Both the position numbers and the translations under genes were made by a program. A stretch of DNA of 64,000 bases from Vicugna vicugna (lineage: Eukaryota), in assembly GCA_013265495.1 (NCBI GenBank), contig MU059829.1, positions 4,236,409-4,300,408 of the forward strand, given 5' to 3'. A model generated the notes under the pieces. It saw only the letters and a program-made list of their open reading frames with translations, did not search any database and had not been told where the DNA came from. The first letter of the stretch is position 1. Every line of letters starts with the position of its first letter. Below, one piece after another: positions 25,224 through 37,545 of the stretch.

Positions 25224-28200
25224 ATAAAAAGAATACCTATTTTTCTGTTTCCCAAGAACCGGACCACGGGACACAGTAAAAGCCGCTCAGCAGCTCGCAG
25301 CTTCAGAGACTCCGCTGTGCCCCGTTTGAATACTTGACGTTGCTTCTTTGAGGCGCGTGGGCCACTCACCCTGCGTTCTGAGCCTCCAGCAGACAGAGGG
25401 TGCGCTCCGAGGGAGACGCTCAGGCTGCGCCCCAGGTTCTACGTGGCAGAACCTGTATTTACACAGTAAGACAAAGGTCCGACTGGAAACACATTTCAAA
25501 AAAAAGCAGAAAACATTAGCAGCAACACTGCATACAGAATTCCTAGAAAACAGGAAAATCACCAGCACCCCCAAAGCTAAGGAGACATTAGTCGGCAAAC
25601 GGCCTTTACAGAGCAAATGCGAAGAGCCAGTAAATACCTGAGCACACACTGTGCTCTCCAGGCAATGAAGGGACGAAAGTTTTAAGAGGCAACGGTCGCC
25701 TTTCAGTCTGGGCACAGCTGAAACTGAACCGTGACTGACGCTCGTGAGCTCCGGGCGAGGAACGTACCGATAAGCTTCCCGCAGGACAGAAATCGTCCAA
25801 ACAGCCCGAAAGGTCTCTGCCTGCGAACGCCACGAGCCTTCGAGGCGATCGTAACACCCGACCTGTAATCTTACTTCTGAGGCTAATTCTACTGAACAGC
25901 CAGAAATGAAGTCAAGGATTCGTGCAAAAGGAGGCCTAGGGCAAAAGCACTAATAGTCTCTAAAGCCTAGAACAAGCCGAGCGCCTTGCGACAGGGACCC
26001 AGACAAACCAACACAAGCCCGGTCACAACGGGATATGAGCCAGTCATCGCCTGCGGGGAGTTAAAGAAAGTTAACGGAACGTGAAGTTGTTAACCACGTG
26101 GCGTTGGAAGAAAGCAGAACACCAAGCCACGTGGATGACACGCGCCGTCTGCGTGTGCACACGCGTGCAAGTTTTACACACGCGCACAAACACCAGAAGA
26201 AAACAAAGGACTCCGACGGATGGCGACTTTCTCAGAAAGCAACATTACATGCGTTTTTCATGCTTGTGTTGTGTTTAAGCTCAGAAAAGTGTATCTGACA
26301 AAGAGGTGATGCTGCAGTAACGAGACTGCTTGTCGGAGAGTCACTTAACTGTCACGGAATTTCAGAGCCTGACGTGGACGGTCTCGCTCCCGTCTCTCAG
26401 GAAGCAGGACAGCGGTGGATCTTGCGGTCCCTCCCCAGTGTCAGAGCCACCAGCAAACCGAGCGGCACCCCGTCCTGCAGATGCACACGCACGGACCGAC
26501 GGCTGCCCTCCCCTCGGGTCTCACAAGCCCCGGAGGGTGACTGGAATCCTGAACAAGCGCCAGTCCTCATCTCTGGCCCCGGGGATGCCCACTAGGAGAG
26601 ACAAGCCCACGAAGCCCCACATCGTAGGGCGGCCCCGCTCGGAACCACAGGTGCGTGCAGACCGGCAAAGACAGCACAGCGAGGAGGCCGGGACGCACAC
26701 CCGAGCGAGGACGCGGCGCACCCCTGCCAGTGAACGGGGGAGGGAAAGGCGGGTGACGTCGCCCAAAAGCTGAAGGAACAAAGCCCCCGCCTGCAAGCCC
26801 GGCCGGAGAACACGTTCCGGAGAACGAAACGCTTCTGGGCATCAAGAAGTGAGAGGCTGTGCTGCAGACAGGCGTCCCCTAAAGCCAGGACCTGGGGGTT
26901 CTCGGAAGGAAAAGGAGCAGGGAGAGGCGCCGGCAGGCTGGCGAGGGAGACACGTGGGGAAGCAGTACCGCTCAGCGTCAGCCTCGCAAACAACAGGAGG
27001 AGGTTCTTGCTGGTTTAGAACATGTGCCGAATCGAAATGTGGGTCCCAAACAACACGAAGCGGCAGGAAGAGCAGGAGTTAAGCGCTTGCGGGTCTGCGG
27101 AGGGGTACGACCGCTCCACCCGGAGTGGCCTCCAGGAGCACAAGGGCGACCGCGGCAGTCCCCAGTGACGCCCAGAAAGGCTAGAAGTGCGGCGCGCAGG
27201 CAGCCAGGCAAGAGAGGAGACGACGGGATACAGAAGCAAGTCTTGATTAACACAACAGGAGGCCAAAAGGGGGAAAAAACCCACAGTGTCGACGGATTTA
27301 CAAATAGGACGTGGCTACTAAGATGGCAAATTTACACCCAAGTAGACCAGGACTTACATCTAATGTAAGCAGTTTGACCAAAATGAAAGGAACACAACTT
27401 AAACATAAGAACAAAGCAAGCCCGTAAGTAAAATGACCGAAGAAGATGAACTGTGCCAGTGTTAAACCACAGAGAGCCGACATACACGAATGTCAGATGA
27501 AGGGGGTTTTAAAGCCAGAGTCACCGACAGAGACGGAGCATTTCATAACAATAAAAGGGGGGGGTTTCCGGGAAGATGTAACATCCGACTTACACGTGGC
27601 ACTGCGTGATTTCAAAATATTAAGAGGCGGAAACTGACAAATGAAAAAGAAAAAATAATCTAGATAACTTAGAAGGACTAAGCAGATAGATTAATCAGAA
27701 ACTATCAGCAAGGACATGAAAGGCCCGAACAGGACGGATAATAATCTTGAGCTACTGACTGGTCCAGAACCCTGAGTCCAGGAATACGACCATCTCATTC
27801 TTTCAAGTGCACATAGAACCTCTGCCAAAACTGGCCAGCAATTTTCAAATGATTGAAAACATTCAGAAAACACATTCTCTGACTCGAGTGGAATTGAATT
27901 TGACCTCAATAATAAAACAGATAACTAGTAAATGGCCAATTATTTCAAAACTAAGTAACACATTTCTAAAAATTCCTTGTCAAAGGGAAAATTGAGTGGA
28001 AATTACAAAACATTTTGAACTAAAGGTACTGAAAGCATTACATATCAAAACTCACAGGATGCAGCTAAGAGTGAACATAAGAAAGATCTGCAGCCTTAAG
28101 TCCACGCACCAGGAAGGGTAGAAGCCGAGCACTGGTGATTGGATACACATCACAGGAAGTAGGAACAGACAATGAAGACTAAATAAAAACAATGAGGATA

Positions 28201-28391
28201 ATGTCAGAAAGTCGTTACACAGAGAAAAGAAACACAGCACCGAGAAAAATCAACAGTCAAAAAATTGTTCTAAGAAAATTCATAAACCCTTACTAAGGAA
28301 ATGAAACAAAACAAGGCTTAAAGCAATAACACCAGAAACAGAAAAGGAAAAAAACTGCTACAGATTCCATAGACACTAGAAGGTTTTAAGA

Positions 28392-28899
28392 ACATAAAAA
28401 CGGTGAGAGTGCACATCCTTGTCGCATTCCTGACCTTAGAGGAAAACCTGCCAGCCTTTTCCACTGAGTGTGACCTGAGCTGCGGGTCTGCCGTGCGCAG
28501 CCATGGTCATGCTGAAGTACGTTCCCCGTGTGCCCACTTGTGGAGAAGTTTATCATGAATGGATGTTAAATCTTGACAAATGCTTTCCTGCATCTCCTGA
28601 GATGACCATGTGCCTTTCACCCTGTGTTTCGCTAGTGTGTTCATCACACTCAGCTGACCTGTGGGTGTCGAACCATCCTTGCTTCCCTGGGGTAAGTCCC
28701 ACCTGATCACAATGTGCGACCCACTAATGTGTGATGGAACTTGGTTTGCTAATATTTGTTGAGGACTGTTTGCATCTACATTCATCAGGGATATTGGCCT
28801 GTAATTCTCTCTGTTATAGTGTCTCTGGAATCAGGGTGATGCTAGCCTTGTAAAATGAGATCAGAAGCATTCTCTCCTCTTTAGTTTTTGTGGAATATA
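28392..28899 (-). mobile_element. Antisense internal L1 ORF2 (RT region) fragment nested in the older L1
   Basis: ggtgagagtgcacatccttgtc...tttgctaatatttgttgaggactgtttgcatctacattcatcagggatattggcctgta is antisense L1 RT sequence. The host L1 resumes afterwards (tgtgaacaacttt) and has its own copy of this region. Confidence 0.85.
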
Positions 28900-30201
28900 G
28901 TGTGAACAACTTTACTGCACAAATTGGTAAGTTAATCGAAATGAAATAATTCCTTGAAAAACACAGCTACAATAACTACCACACAAAAAGAAATAAAAAT
29001 TTCAACAATCCTCTGACTAGTAAGGAAGTAAAATCTGGAACCACAAACATTCACATAGAAGAATCACCAGAAGCAGATGGCTTCCTCAGAAAGACTTTCA
29101 ATGTTTAGGGAATAAGTGATGCTGATCACACAGACTCTTCAGGGCAGAGAAAAAAGAACACTCCCCAGATTTGTTTTGAGGTCAGATTATTCTTAATTCC
29201 AAACCAAAGGGGTTAGAAAAATGAGGCAATCTGTTATAAATATACACACAAAAGTCCCAAACAAAATATGAGCAAATATCATGCAACATTTCAAAAGGAC
29301 AAAAGAACACACAAAAATATTGTGTTTATTTCAGGAAGACAAATCCGGTTTATCAATCAATATAACACCATATAAAAGAATAAAAATTATGTAATTATCC
29401 TGATAGATAAAGATTAGATAAAATTCGGTTTATGGCACAAAGTTTAAGCAGATCGGAACTGGAAAGAAATGTTCCCATCCCGATCAAGGGTATGCACAAT
29501 CCTACGGTAACTAGCACGGCCAGCACAGAAATATGAGCAGCTCCCCGCCCCTCCCTGAACTTAGGGCTACACCTTGGGTGCCCAATGTCCTCACCTCTAT
29601 TCAGCAGCGTCCCAGGGGCCTTAGCCAGTTCAAAACAGCTTTAAAAATGAATAAAACAACCAGAGAAAAAGCTGGCATCTGTAACCAACCTATTATGGAT
29701 GTAGAAAGTCTAAAATGTCTACAGAAAACTAAATCAGAATAAATTAGTGAGTGAGCACAGCAATTTCACTAGAACAAGGTTAATGCAACTTTTGTTTCTA
29801 TGTAACAGCAGTAAACAATCAGGAAATTATGTTTAATCTATGCCTTCAATAAACCGTCAATCAAAGCCTAGTAAGTGATTCTTCGCAAAAGCAGAGGCAC
29901 GGATCCTCAGTCTCACGTGGAAACGCACAGCCACAGTCCTGCAGAGCCAGCCGCCAGGAGGAAGGACTCAGCCGGAGGATTTAAAAACCCAGACACAGTA
30001 ACACGGCAGCAGGTCCCGGCCCGAGGGCTGGCAGACAACGGCGACGCCCGCGGGCAGGCAGGACAGGCCATGTGCATGGCTCCCGGACCACAGCGACGGC
30101 CACAGCGCAGAGCCCGGCAGCGCTGCCCTTCCAACAGGCGCTGCGGAATGGGGCCAGCAGAGCACCCCTCCCCAGACAAGCCCTCAGCAGCAGCCCATAC
30201 A

Positions 30202-30642
30202 GAGCTGGAGGCAGCTGAGAGAAGCAGGCACAGGGGAGCCCTCTGCCCTCTCCCCGGCCTAACAACAGGACACGGACGCACAGAGGTGCCCCTTCCCCTC
30301 CACCAGGAAGCACGCAGGGTAATCCCCTGATGGCTGCACAGGAATCTTGGTGACACACCGGCGGGACCTTCCCACAACGGCCGCCCTACAGACTCAGAGT
30401 CCTCTTGCTTTGTGTCGACACTTCGTACAAATTCACACCCTTTGTTCAGATGCTCACGAGCCCTAGCTCTAAGCTCCCCTCTGAGCTCCTCCTATCCGTG
30501 GGCGCCCGTGTGTGTGCGCGATGCACGTGCTAATAAATGCTTGGTGGTTTTTCTCTGGTCAATCTGTCTGCTGTCAGTCTAATTTTCATCCTGCAGGGCC
30601 CCAGCTGGAGAACCTAAGATGGACTGTTCTTCCTCCCCTACG
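30202..30642 (+). mobile_element. MER34A-like ERV1 solo LTR, copy 1 (5'-truncated, inserted in L1 ORF2)
   Basis: gagctggaggcagctgagagaagcagg...aataaatgcttgg...gaacctaagatgg...ttcctcccctac; L1 ORF2 sequence on both sides. Confidence 0.85.
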
Positions 30643-31309
30643 TGGGTCAGCTGCGTCTGCACTCGGGACACACACAGAGTGTTTCAGGTGTATTATGGAT
30701 CCAAGTGTAAAGTTAAACAGTAACGGTTCTGGGAGACAACACAAGTTCTAGCTCTGAAGGCAACACTGAATGACTGAGCCACATCACAGACACTCTGGCC
30801 GCCAAAGACGCTACTAAGAGAATGAACAGGCAGCCCTCAGGTGGGGGGAGATACTTGCCAAACCTGTACTGTAAAGGTCTCACACCTGCACTACACTGAG
30901 AAAAAGACAACATGGTATAAAATGGGCACAAGACGTGCACAGGAACTACTTAAAACAGGCCCCCAGATGGCCACTCCCAACGGGAAGAGGAGCTCCATGT
31001 GGCTGGTCGTCAGGGAAACTTACATCAAAGCCGCAGGGAGATCGGTCACCTGCTGTCCAGAGGGGCTTCTATCAGAGATCCCCATCGCCAGGGGCTGGTG
31101 AGGGTGCGGGCAGGGGCTCACTGAGCTCGTAGCAGGAGTGTGGACCGACTCGGTGACTCTGGAAACAGTCTGGCAGTAGAATTTGATCTGTACATGCAGA
31201 TGCTCCGTGACCCAGCATCCTACACACACAGCATAAAGACCCACAGACTCTCCAAAACTACGCACGTGTTCCCAGCTGTGCATCTGTAAGAGTTCCACCC
31301 AGAACAAAA

Positions 31310-31398
31310 GGGGGGGGGAGGAGAAGGAAGGACGAGAAGGGAGGACGAGGGGGAGGAGGAGGAGGAGGGGGGAGGAGGAGGAGGTGGAGAAGAGAAAG
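31310..31398. repeat. Polypurine (GGA/GAG) low-complexity tract
   Basis: About 90 nt almost entirely G/A. Confidence 0.9.
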
Positions 31399-31401
31399 CA
31401 C

Positions 31402-31417
31402 CCCCTGACGTCAGGGG
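31402..31417. promoter_or_regulatory. 16-bp perfect palindrome containing a full CRE (TGACGTCA)
   Basis: cccctgacgtcagggg; function untested. Confidence 0.35.
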
Positions 31418-32691
31418 CACAAGCGAGCTGCGGTGCAGCCACACGGCACAAGACGGCACACAAGCCTCGTAACACCAGCACACAGTCAGCGCTCACACCC
31501 ACGCTGAGCACGAGGGGCCAGCCTGTGCTCTGGGTTCCGTGGCCCCAGACAGGACGCACAGGGCGGGGGGGGGGCTGAGGGCGCCTACTCTCCGTGGCAG
31601 TGCCTGGGGGGTGCCGGTCATGTTCCAGCTCCCGACTTGGGTGCTGGCGACGAGGCTGCGCTTGCTCTGCCCGGGTCCTGTCCTCATCTGGGCGCACATG
31701 TCCCCCACACGTGCGTTTCACTAGGAAGTTTACTGCGACTAGAGACAGACAGAAACCTGCCACTGAAAAAGCCACTTTTCCTCAAAGCCGACGTCCCGGG
31801 GGCTGTCAGAGTGAGTGCTTTCCCAACACGCTGCGGACACCTGCCCAGGACTGCCCCCCTCGTGCACCAGGTGCCCAGGAGAGACACTGCCGGACTTCAA
31901 GTCCCACCTGGACAACAAAAGCCCCCCGGGCGGCGTCTGTGCTTACATCAGGGAGGAGAGAAAAGCAGACGCAGAGGAGACTACAACTGTTTGGACTTAA
32001 TTTTCCTGCAGCTGTGGAGGAAAGAGGACACAAGGCAGGAAAAGACTCCATTCTCTGCAACATCTGAAGGTGGCCGTGAGGACAGACAGATAAGGCAAAA
32101 CCCTTTATTTTGGTGGATACAAAGGCAGCATCCAGCATCCAGCATCCAGTCAGAGGAACAGACACGGGGGGAGAACCACTCAGAGGCCAAGAGGAAGCCG
32201 CCCCCGAAGGCTCCCGCCAGCTTCACTGGTCCTCGCAGCCTGGACCTCTCCCCAGCACAGCTCCACTGACCCTCTCCAGGTAGCCTCCCTGGCCCTGTGA
32301 GCAGTCATTTTACCTCCAGGTTTGTCTTTCTCTTTAATCATCCACTCCAATGCTCCACTGCATTTTCTATCTGTTTTTGGAGAGTGTAAGTTTATATTCA
32401 TTATCTTCACAAACGCCTTTCCAGCACATGACTGCAGAAATGTGCCCACTGGAAATAACTTCCCCTCTTCTCCTTTTTGCCTCATCTTTACTCTGCCGTC
32501 ACTTCCCTCATTAATTTACTTGGTATAATTGCTCCTATTCTGCACGTCCGGGCAGAAGCACGAACCCTGGTGACAGTGCTGACAGCATGAGAAGCGCTTG
32601 GAGTGGAATGCTGTCCTAACTCCTGGTCTTCAAAGATTCTGCCCGGTTCTCTTGCCTGTCCTCAGCTGGTAAGGTATTCATACAACCAACG

Positions 32692-33173
32692 TGTGTATGG
32701 GACCATAATATTGCATTTTGGTATTAAACCACCGCGGAGCTGAAGGCAGCTGAGAGAAGCAGGCACAGGGGAGCCCTCTGCCCTCTCCCTGTCGGCCTAA
32801 AAGGAGGACACGGACGCACAAAGGTGTCCCGCCCTCTCCACCAGGAGGCACGCAGGGTAATCCCCTGACGGCTGCACAGGAACCTTTGTGACAAACCGGG
32901 CGGGACCTTCCCACGACCTGCCGCCCTACAGACTCAGAGTCCTCTTGCTTTGTGTCGACACTTCGTACAAATTCACGCCCTTTGTTCAGATGCTCACGAG
33001 CCCAAGCTCTAAGCTCCCCTCTGAGCTCCTCCTGTCCGTGGGCGCCCGTGTGTGTGCTTGATGCACGTGCTAATAAACGCCTGGTGGTTTTTCTCTTATC
33101 AGTCTGTCTGTTGTTGGTCTAATCTGCTGGCCCCGCCAGAGGGGACAAGGAAAAAGAAGTTTCCTCCCGCACA
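32692..33173 (+). mobile_element. MER34A-like ERV1 solo LTR, copy 2 (about full length)
   Basis: Begins TG (tgtgtatgggaccataatattgc...gagctgaaggcagctgagag) and ends CA (tttcctcccgcaca); direct repeat of 30202-30642. Confidence 0.85.
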
Positions 33174-33508
33174 TCCGTCCGGTCCCGCGTTCCTCCGTCC
33201 CTAAGCTGTGCCAATGGCCCTCAGCGATGGGCCGGGCGTGGAGCAGGGGGTGGACGGGCCACCGCAGAGCATGGAGGGCTGGCAGGAAGGCACAAGAGAA
33301 GGACTGGCTCCGTAGGACTGGCATATAGCAGGCACGCAGCCAAACGGGGGCCACATTCTGGAGTGCTCCAGATGCCACGCCAAGGAATGACTACGTCCTC
33401 AGACAGAACGGAGAACCCAGGACTCAGAATATTAATGGCATTTAATTTGGGGGTTTTGCTGAAATCAACTGCACAGTTAGGATCTTTTTCCGATTTCCCA
33501 ATCACGGT

Positions 33509-33611
33509 TGCTGCAGGCTTAATGTTTGTGTCCCATCAAATTCAGAGGCAGAATCCTAACCCCAGAGCATGGTGTTGGGTGGGGGGCTCGGGGGCGATGA
33601 GGTCGTGAGGG
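33509..33611 (+). mobile_element. MLT1A/MST-type LTR 5' fragment
   Basis: ttaatgtttgtgtcccatcaaattcagaggcagaatcctaacccc...ggtcgtgaggg. Confidence 0.7.
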
Positions 33612-34461
33612 TTAGGGTTAAGGGTGCAGAGAAATCAGAAGCTATGGCCATCCACGTGCTCTTAATGCATCTTTCACTGTGACACTCATCTGTCGTGTGT
33701 AACACGTTTAATGAAATACTTTGGGCCTGAGGACAGGTCTGGGCTCACACTTTGCCCCGCTCCGCCTCCCTGTCTCCCCACACACGTTCTCCTCAGCCTC
33801 GACGTCTCCCGGGCTGACTGTCCGGGACGGAAGTTCCAGACCCTCCTGCTGCAGGAAAGCAGGGCCCAGGCCGGCGGAGTAGCCGCTGCGCACTTTCCAC
33901 GGAAATGGCTGCCTTTCACCCCGAAGCCCCTTACACCAGGGCTCTACAGAAAGAAAAGCTTCTACAATGTCGGCCCCTTTCGGCTCCTAGAGGCAGAAGT
34001 GCAAGCTTCACCCCCTTTGGAACTTTCACAGAAGATGTTCCCCTACACCACCCTGAACAGTCCATAAACACCACGCAGCACAGTCCTAAGAGACACAGCC
34101 TTACTCCCAGTCCCTCTTCACGTTCGGACCCTCGAACTGCTGCCTCCTGCTCAGCCCCCAGGCCGGGGGGTCGCTGAGCAGACACACGGACTCATTTTCT
34201 ACCGGATTTTAAATCATGAGACACCTACGGCTCAGAGCCCCTGGCCTACTTACTGCCCTTCTTTCCTCCAGAAAAGAAAGGGGACTTTGGACCACCTTCC
34301 AACCTCCTGGCGAGCCACCTTGTAATTCTCAGTTTCATTGCCCAACCACCCACATCGCAAAAGCCCTAGAGCGAGCCCCAGCGCTTCGAAGGGCTCGGCT
34401 CCGTGAACGCAGCAGGCAGAGGCGGTGCTCCAGGTCCTCGGAGAGCGCTCCTGCGGAGGCC

Positions 34462-34484
34462 TGACGTCTAGTTTGTGACGTCAC
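34462..34484. promoter_or_regulatory. Tandem CRE-like sites (TGACGTCT and a full gTGACGTCAc)
   Basis: Motif match only. Confidence 0.3.
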
Positions 34485-35819
34485 CGCAGGCGCAGCGTGC
34501 ACGCCGGCAGACAGTGAAGGCTCCCACGTCTCCCGGGACACAGCAAACACTCTGAGAGAGATTTTTTCAAATCGTTTTTTAAATAAATGAAAGTAAGCTA
34601 ATTGTTCATAAATTCTTCTCCATAAACATTTTATAAGCTGCTTACTGATCATAAACTGAATATGAATTCATTTCGGAAAATCTGGGGAGTAATTTTTAAA
34701 GAATAAAGAAACAAAAAAAGATACAAAATCCGAGCACAAGTATCAGCCTTTGGTATTGTTGTTTATAGTCAGCCTTGAAGCACGTATATTTTTAGTTATT
34801 TTGGTGTCATAAGCACTTTACTGTTATTAAATATTATTCAAAAATATGACCTCAGTTACCAGGCCAGAACACGACCCACTTTGTCACTCCTCTATTTTAG
34901 AATGTTAAGGTCCTCTCCAAGCCCTTGCTGATATGCACACGTGCGTCCATGTCTTTGATTGTATCCACAGAAGAATACTCTAGAATTGCCACTGTCTCTC
35001 ACAAAGGTTAGAGCTAACTGGATTCCCATTAATCATGTGACAGCGGCCCCCTCTGACCCCGCCACCGACCACTCGTATTGACTTTCTCTTCTTTGTCTAA
35101 TACCGGCACGCTTTGAACCTCTGAGCTCTGATTCACGTGTCCATGTAGCTTTCTTTATAAATTCTAAAGAAATCAGCCCCTGAGCGGTGGGGGACACGTC
35201 CCAGCCCCAACTGTCCCCAAAGGCTGCTCGCAGGGCGGCCGCCGCAGATGCAGACACTCTTCCTTCCTGGCAGGCTGCCGCTCCACCCACCCGCTCCTCC
35301 TGCACAGGGGCCAGGGGCTCGGGGCTGCGTGGGACAAGCCCCAGCATCAAGCAGGGGTCCATCCCCGCGTCAGCCTTCCCCAGGAGATCCGTCCTCCAGC
35401 CAGGAAGGGACCTGCAGGCTCCCAGCTCCCATCTGGGTCAATGCAACCTGTGGAACTCGGGGCAGACCCCCAGATGTCACTCAGGCTCCTACCACGTCTG
35501 CAAAACCCTCTGAGGGGCACCCAGAAACCCTGAGAAAGTCTACCCGGAGCTACGCTTTCCAGAGGTAACCATCAGCCAAGTCTGGAGAGGCCACGGAAAT
35601 CACACACCTCAGATCTCATCTCAAACCCACTTCTGTGAACCCTCGTGTGGAATTCGTGACATCTGAGATTGGACGGTGTCGTCCCAAAGTCAACGGGACT
35701 GCGCTGACGTAATGAAGTGAGGTCCTCGCGGGGCCAGGTCATAAATTTCACCCTAAACACACCATTGTTTTCTATGGAAAACCCTTTCGTTGGGGCAGTT
35801 CACACAGTGGGACGAGCAC

Positions 35820-36180
35820 TGCTGATACGGACTGAAATGTGCCCCCCCACCCCGATCCGTGTGCTGAAGCCCTACCCCTCAGTGTGACTGTGTCTGGAGA
35901 CGGGGTCTTTGTCGGGGGGGAGGTTAAATGGAGTCTCAGGGCGGGACCTCGTCAGATGGGACTGTTGCTCTAATAAGGAGACAGACAGACAGACACAGGG
36001 AGGTGCAGGGAGGACCCTGCAGGGACCGCCGTGCCCGGTGAGGTCGGGGTGCAGCCCCCCACCAAGCCCCTGCCCGAATGGCGAGTCACAGACGTGACTT
36101 CAGCCTCTCCTCTCATAGCTGAACGCAGTGGGGTGTTTAAGAGCTCGAGGTGTGACAACCAGGCGGAGGGAGGCCAGACA
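35820..36180 (+). mobile_element. MLT1A/B-type MaLR solo LTR
   Basis: acggactgaaatgtgcccccc...gtgactgtgtctggagacggggtcttt...gacttcagcctc...ggtgtttaag...ccagaca. Confidence 0.8.
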
Positions 36181-37094
36181 CTGAGGCCAGCCCTGCAGAA
36201 GCCCAGGGCCGGGTCCGAGGGCGGCAGGACCCAGGGGGCTTCAGAGGGTGGGACCCACTGCGCACAGACAAGCCACCGCACTCCCAGAAGAGGCCCTCAG
36301 ATACAGCAGGGCGTCTTTGTTAGCAAGCTGGGGAATGGTGGCTTTGAGCCGAGAAAGGCTGAGTCTTTCGACCTCAACACGGTTTGACTCTTGGACAGTC
36401 ACCCCCCGACGTGCCGGTGGCAGCAGGCAAACAGGAAAACAGCCCTCTTCCCATTTGGCAGCTCTCAGGAATGGCCCTTTAGGACGAAAGGACACCCCCT
36501 CCCTCTGATCTGCACAACTCCGGCGTTGGCCCGGGTCCCGGCTTCACCTGCTCCCACTTGCCCACGTGGCTTGCATCGCCCGCGTCTGGACGAACGCTCT
36601 CACCCTGAGGTTTGGCTTTTTAACCGACGGTCACGATCTCACAGGCGCCTCATGGGAATGACGCGCCCGAGAGTTTCCGGGCTGCCGGCCACGTCCCAGC
36701 GCAGGAGCAAACCGCAGCCACAGGACACCTCGGGGACGCTGGGGGGTTCGCGTTTCGAAGCAGCCACGTGCTCTTTTTTGGAGTCTCACACTTCTCAACA
36801 AGTGGGCCAAAAAAGTCCCTTCCATAATCCAAGGTGAGGAATTTGCAAGGAGCCACCTCCGCGTGACTCACAGAAACACTTCAAAACCTTCCTCTGTCCA
36901 TGCTGACAGCTGTTCAGGTTATTCAAGGCTCGCTGTCCTCCGCGCCCCGCAGCTGCTTTCTGAGTCCTGCAGTTGGTTTGGGGGCTGAAGGTTTTACTCA
37001 GACACTTACATCTGTTCACTCCAAACCCAAACCCAAACAAAAAGCCAGCTCCTTTACCGAGGAGAAGCGCCCACGCTCTGAATTCTCCAGCTTT

Positions 37095-37545
37095 GCTGAC
37101 AAATAAAACTGTACGTATTAAAGCGAATGTGACGGTGTCACTCACATCCACACCGTGAAAGGCTCACCGCACAGAGCTGCTTTCTTTCTTGCTCGATGTG
37201 GTGCTTATGCACAAGAGCTATGCGGAGCGGCTCTCAGGCACGCTGCACAGCGTCACTAACTGGTCGCACTAGGCACCTGACCCCGGGAACTCAGTCGTCT
37301 TCTATCAGGGAGACCATCCCCTTCGACCAGCACCCCTCAAGCCCAGCCCCCAACAATCACCGTTCTGCTCCCTGCTTCAGAGCTCAGTTTCTCTGGACGC
37401 CACACGTAAGTGAGCCCATACAGTGTGTGTCTTTCTCCGCCTGACGTATTTCACAGAGCATAACGCCCACAAGGGCCATCCCTGTTTCACAAAGGTTGGA
37501 GCTCCCTCCCTGATCACGGCTGAGTAATATTTCACTGTGTGTCTG
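37095..37545 (-). mobile_element. L1MA-type 3' end fragment
   Basis: gacaaataaaactgtacgtattaaag...cacacgtaagtgagcccatacagtgtgtgtctttctccgcctgacgtatttcac...ggctgagtaatatttcactgtgtg. Confidence 0.85.

Larger units (their letters stand above)
26530..31735 (+). mobile_element. Long ancient LINE-1 (L1ME/MC class): ORF1 3' half, inter-ORF region, ORF2 and 3' UTR; may extend to about 25.4 kb; two nested insertions
   Basis: Colinear L1 landmarks: ORF1-like 26.55-27.0 kb; endonuclease region 27.3-28.1 kb (gagcatttcataacaataaaaggg; ttctttcaagtgcacatagaacc); RT region 28.9-29.8 kb; ORF2 3' part 29.9-31.3 kb; L1ME-like tail (gtcatgttccagctcccgacttgggtgctggcg...ggaagttta). Confidence 0.8.

Noticed and set aside
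25638-25717. Minus-strand exon candidate
   Set aside because: Lies in probable L1 5' sequence, where antisense splice-like motifs are common.
26151-26164. 14-bp perfect palindrome gcgtgtgcacacgc
   Set aside because: Arises from simple CA/TG repeat-like sequence.
30202-33173. Intact or deleted provirus bounded by two LTRs
   Set aside because: The interval continues the host L1 and then unique DNA; no PBS, PPT or gag/pol/env similarity was seen, and the LTR 3' ends differ.
35572-35760. Protein-like minus-strand frame (VKFMTWPREDLTSLRQRSPVDFGTT...)
   Set aside because: Weak acceptor and donor and no recognised homologue; not distinguishable from chance.
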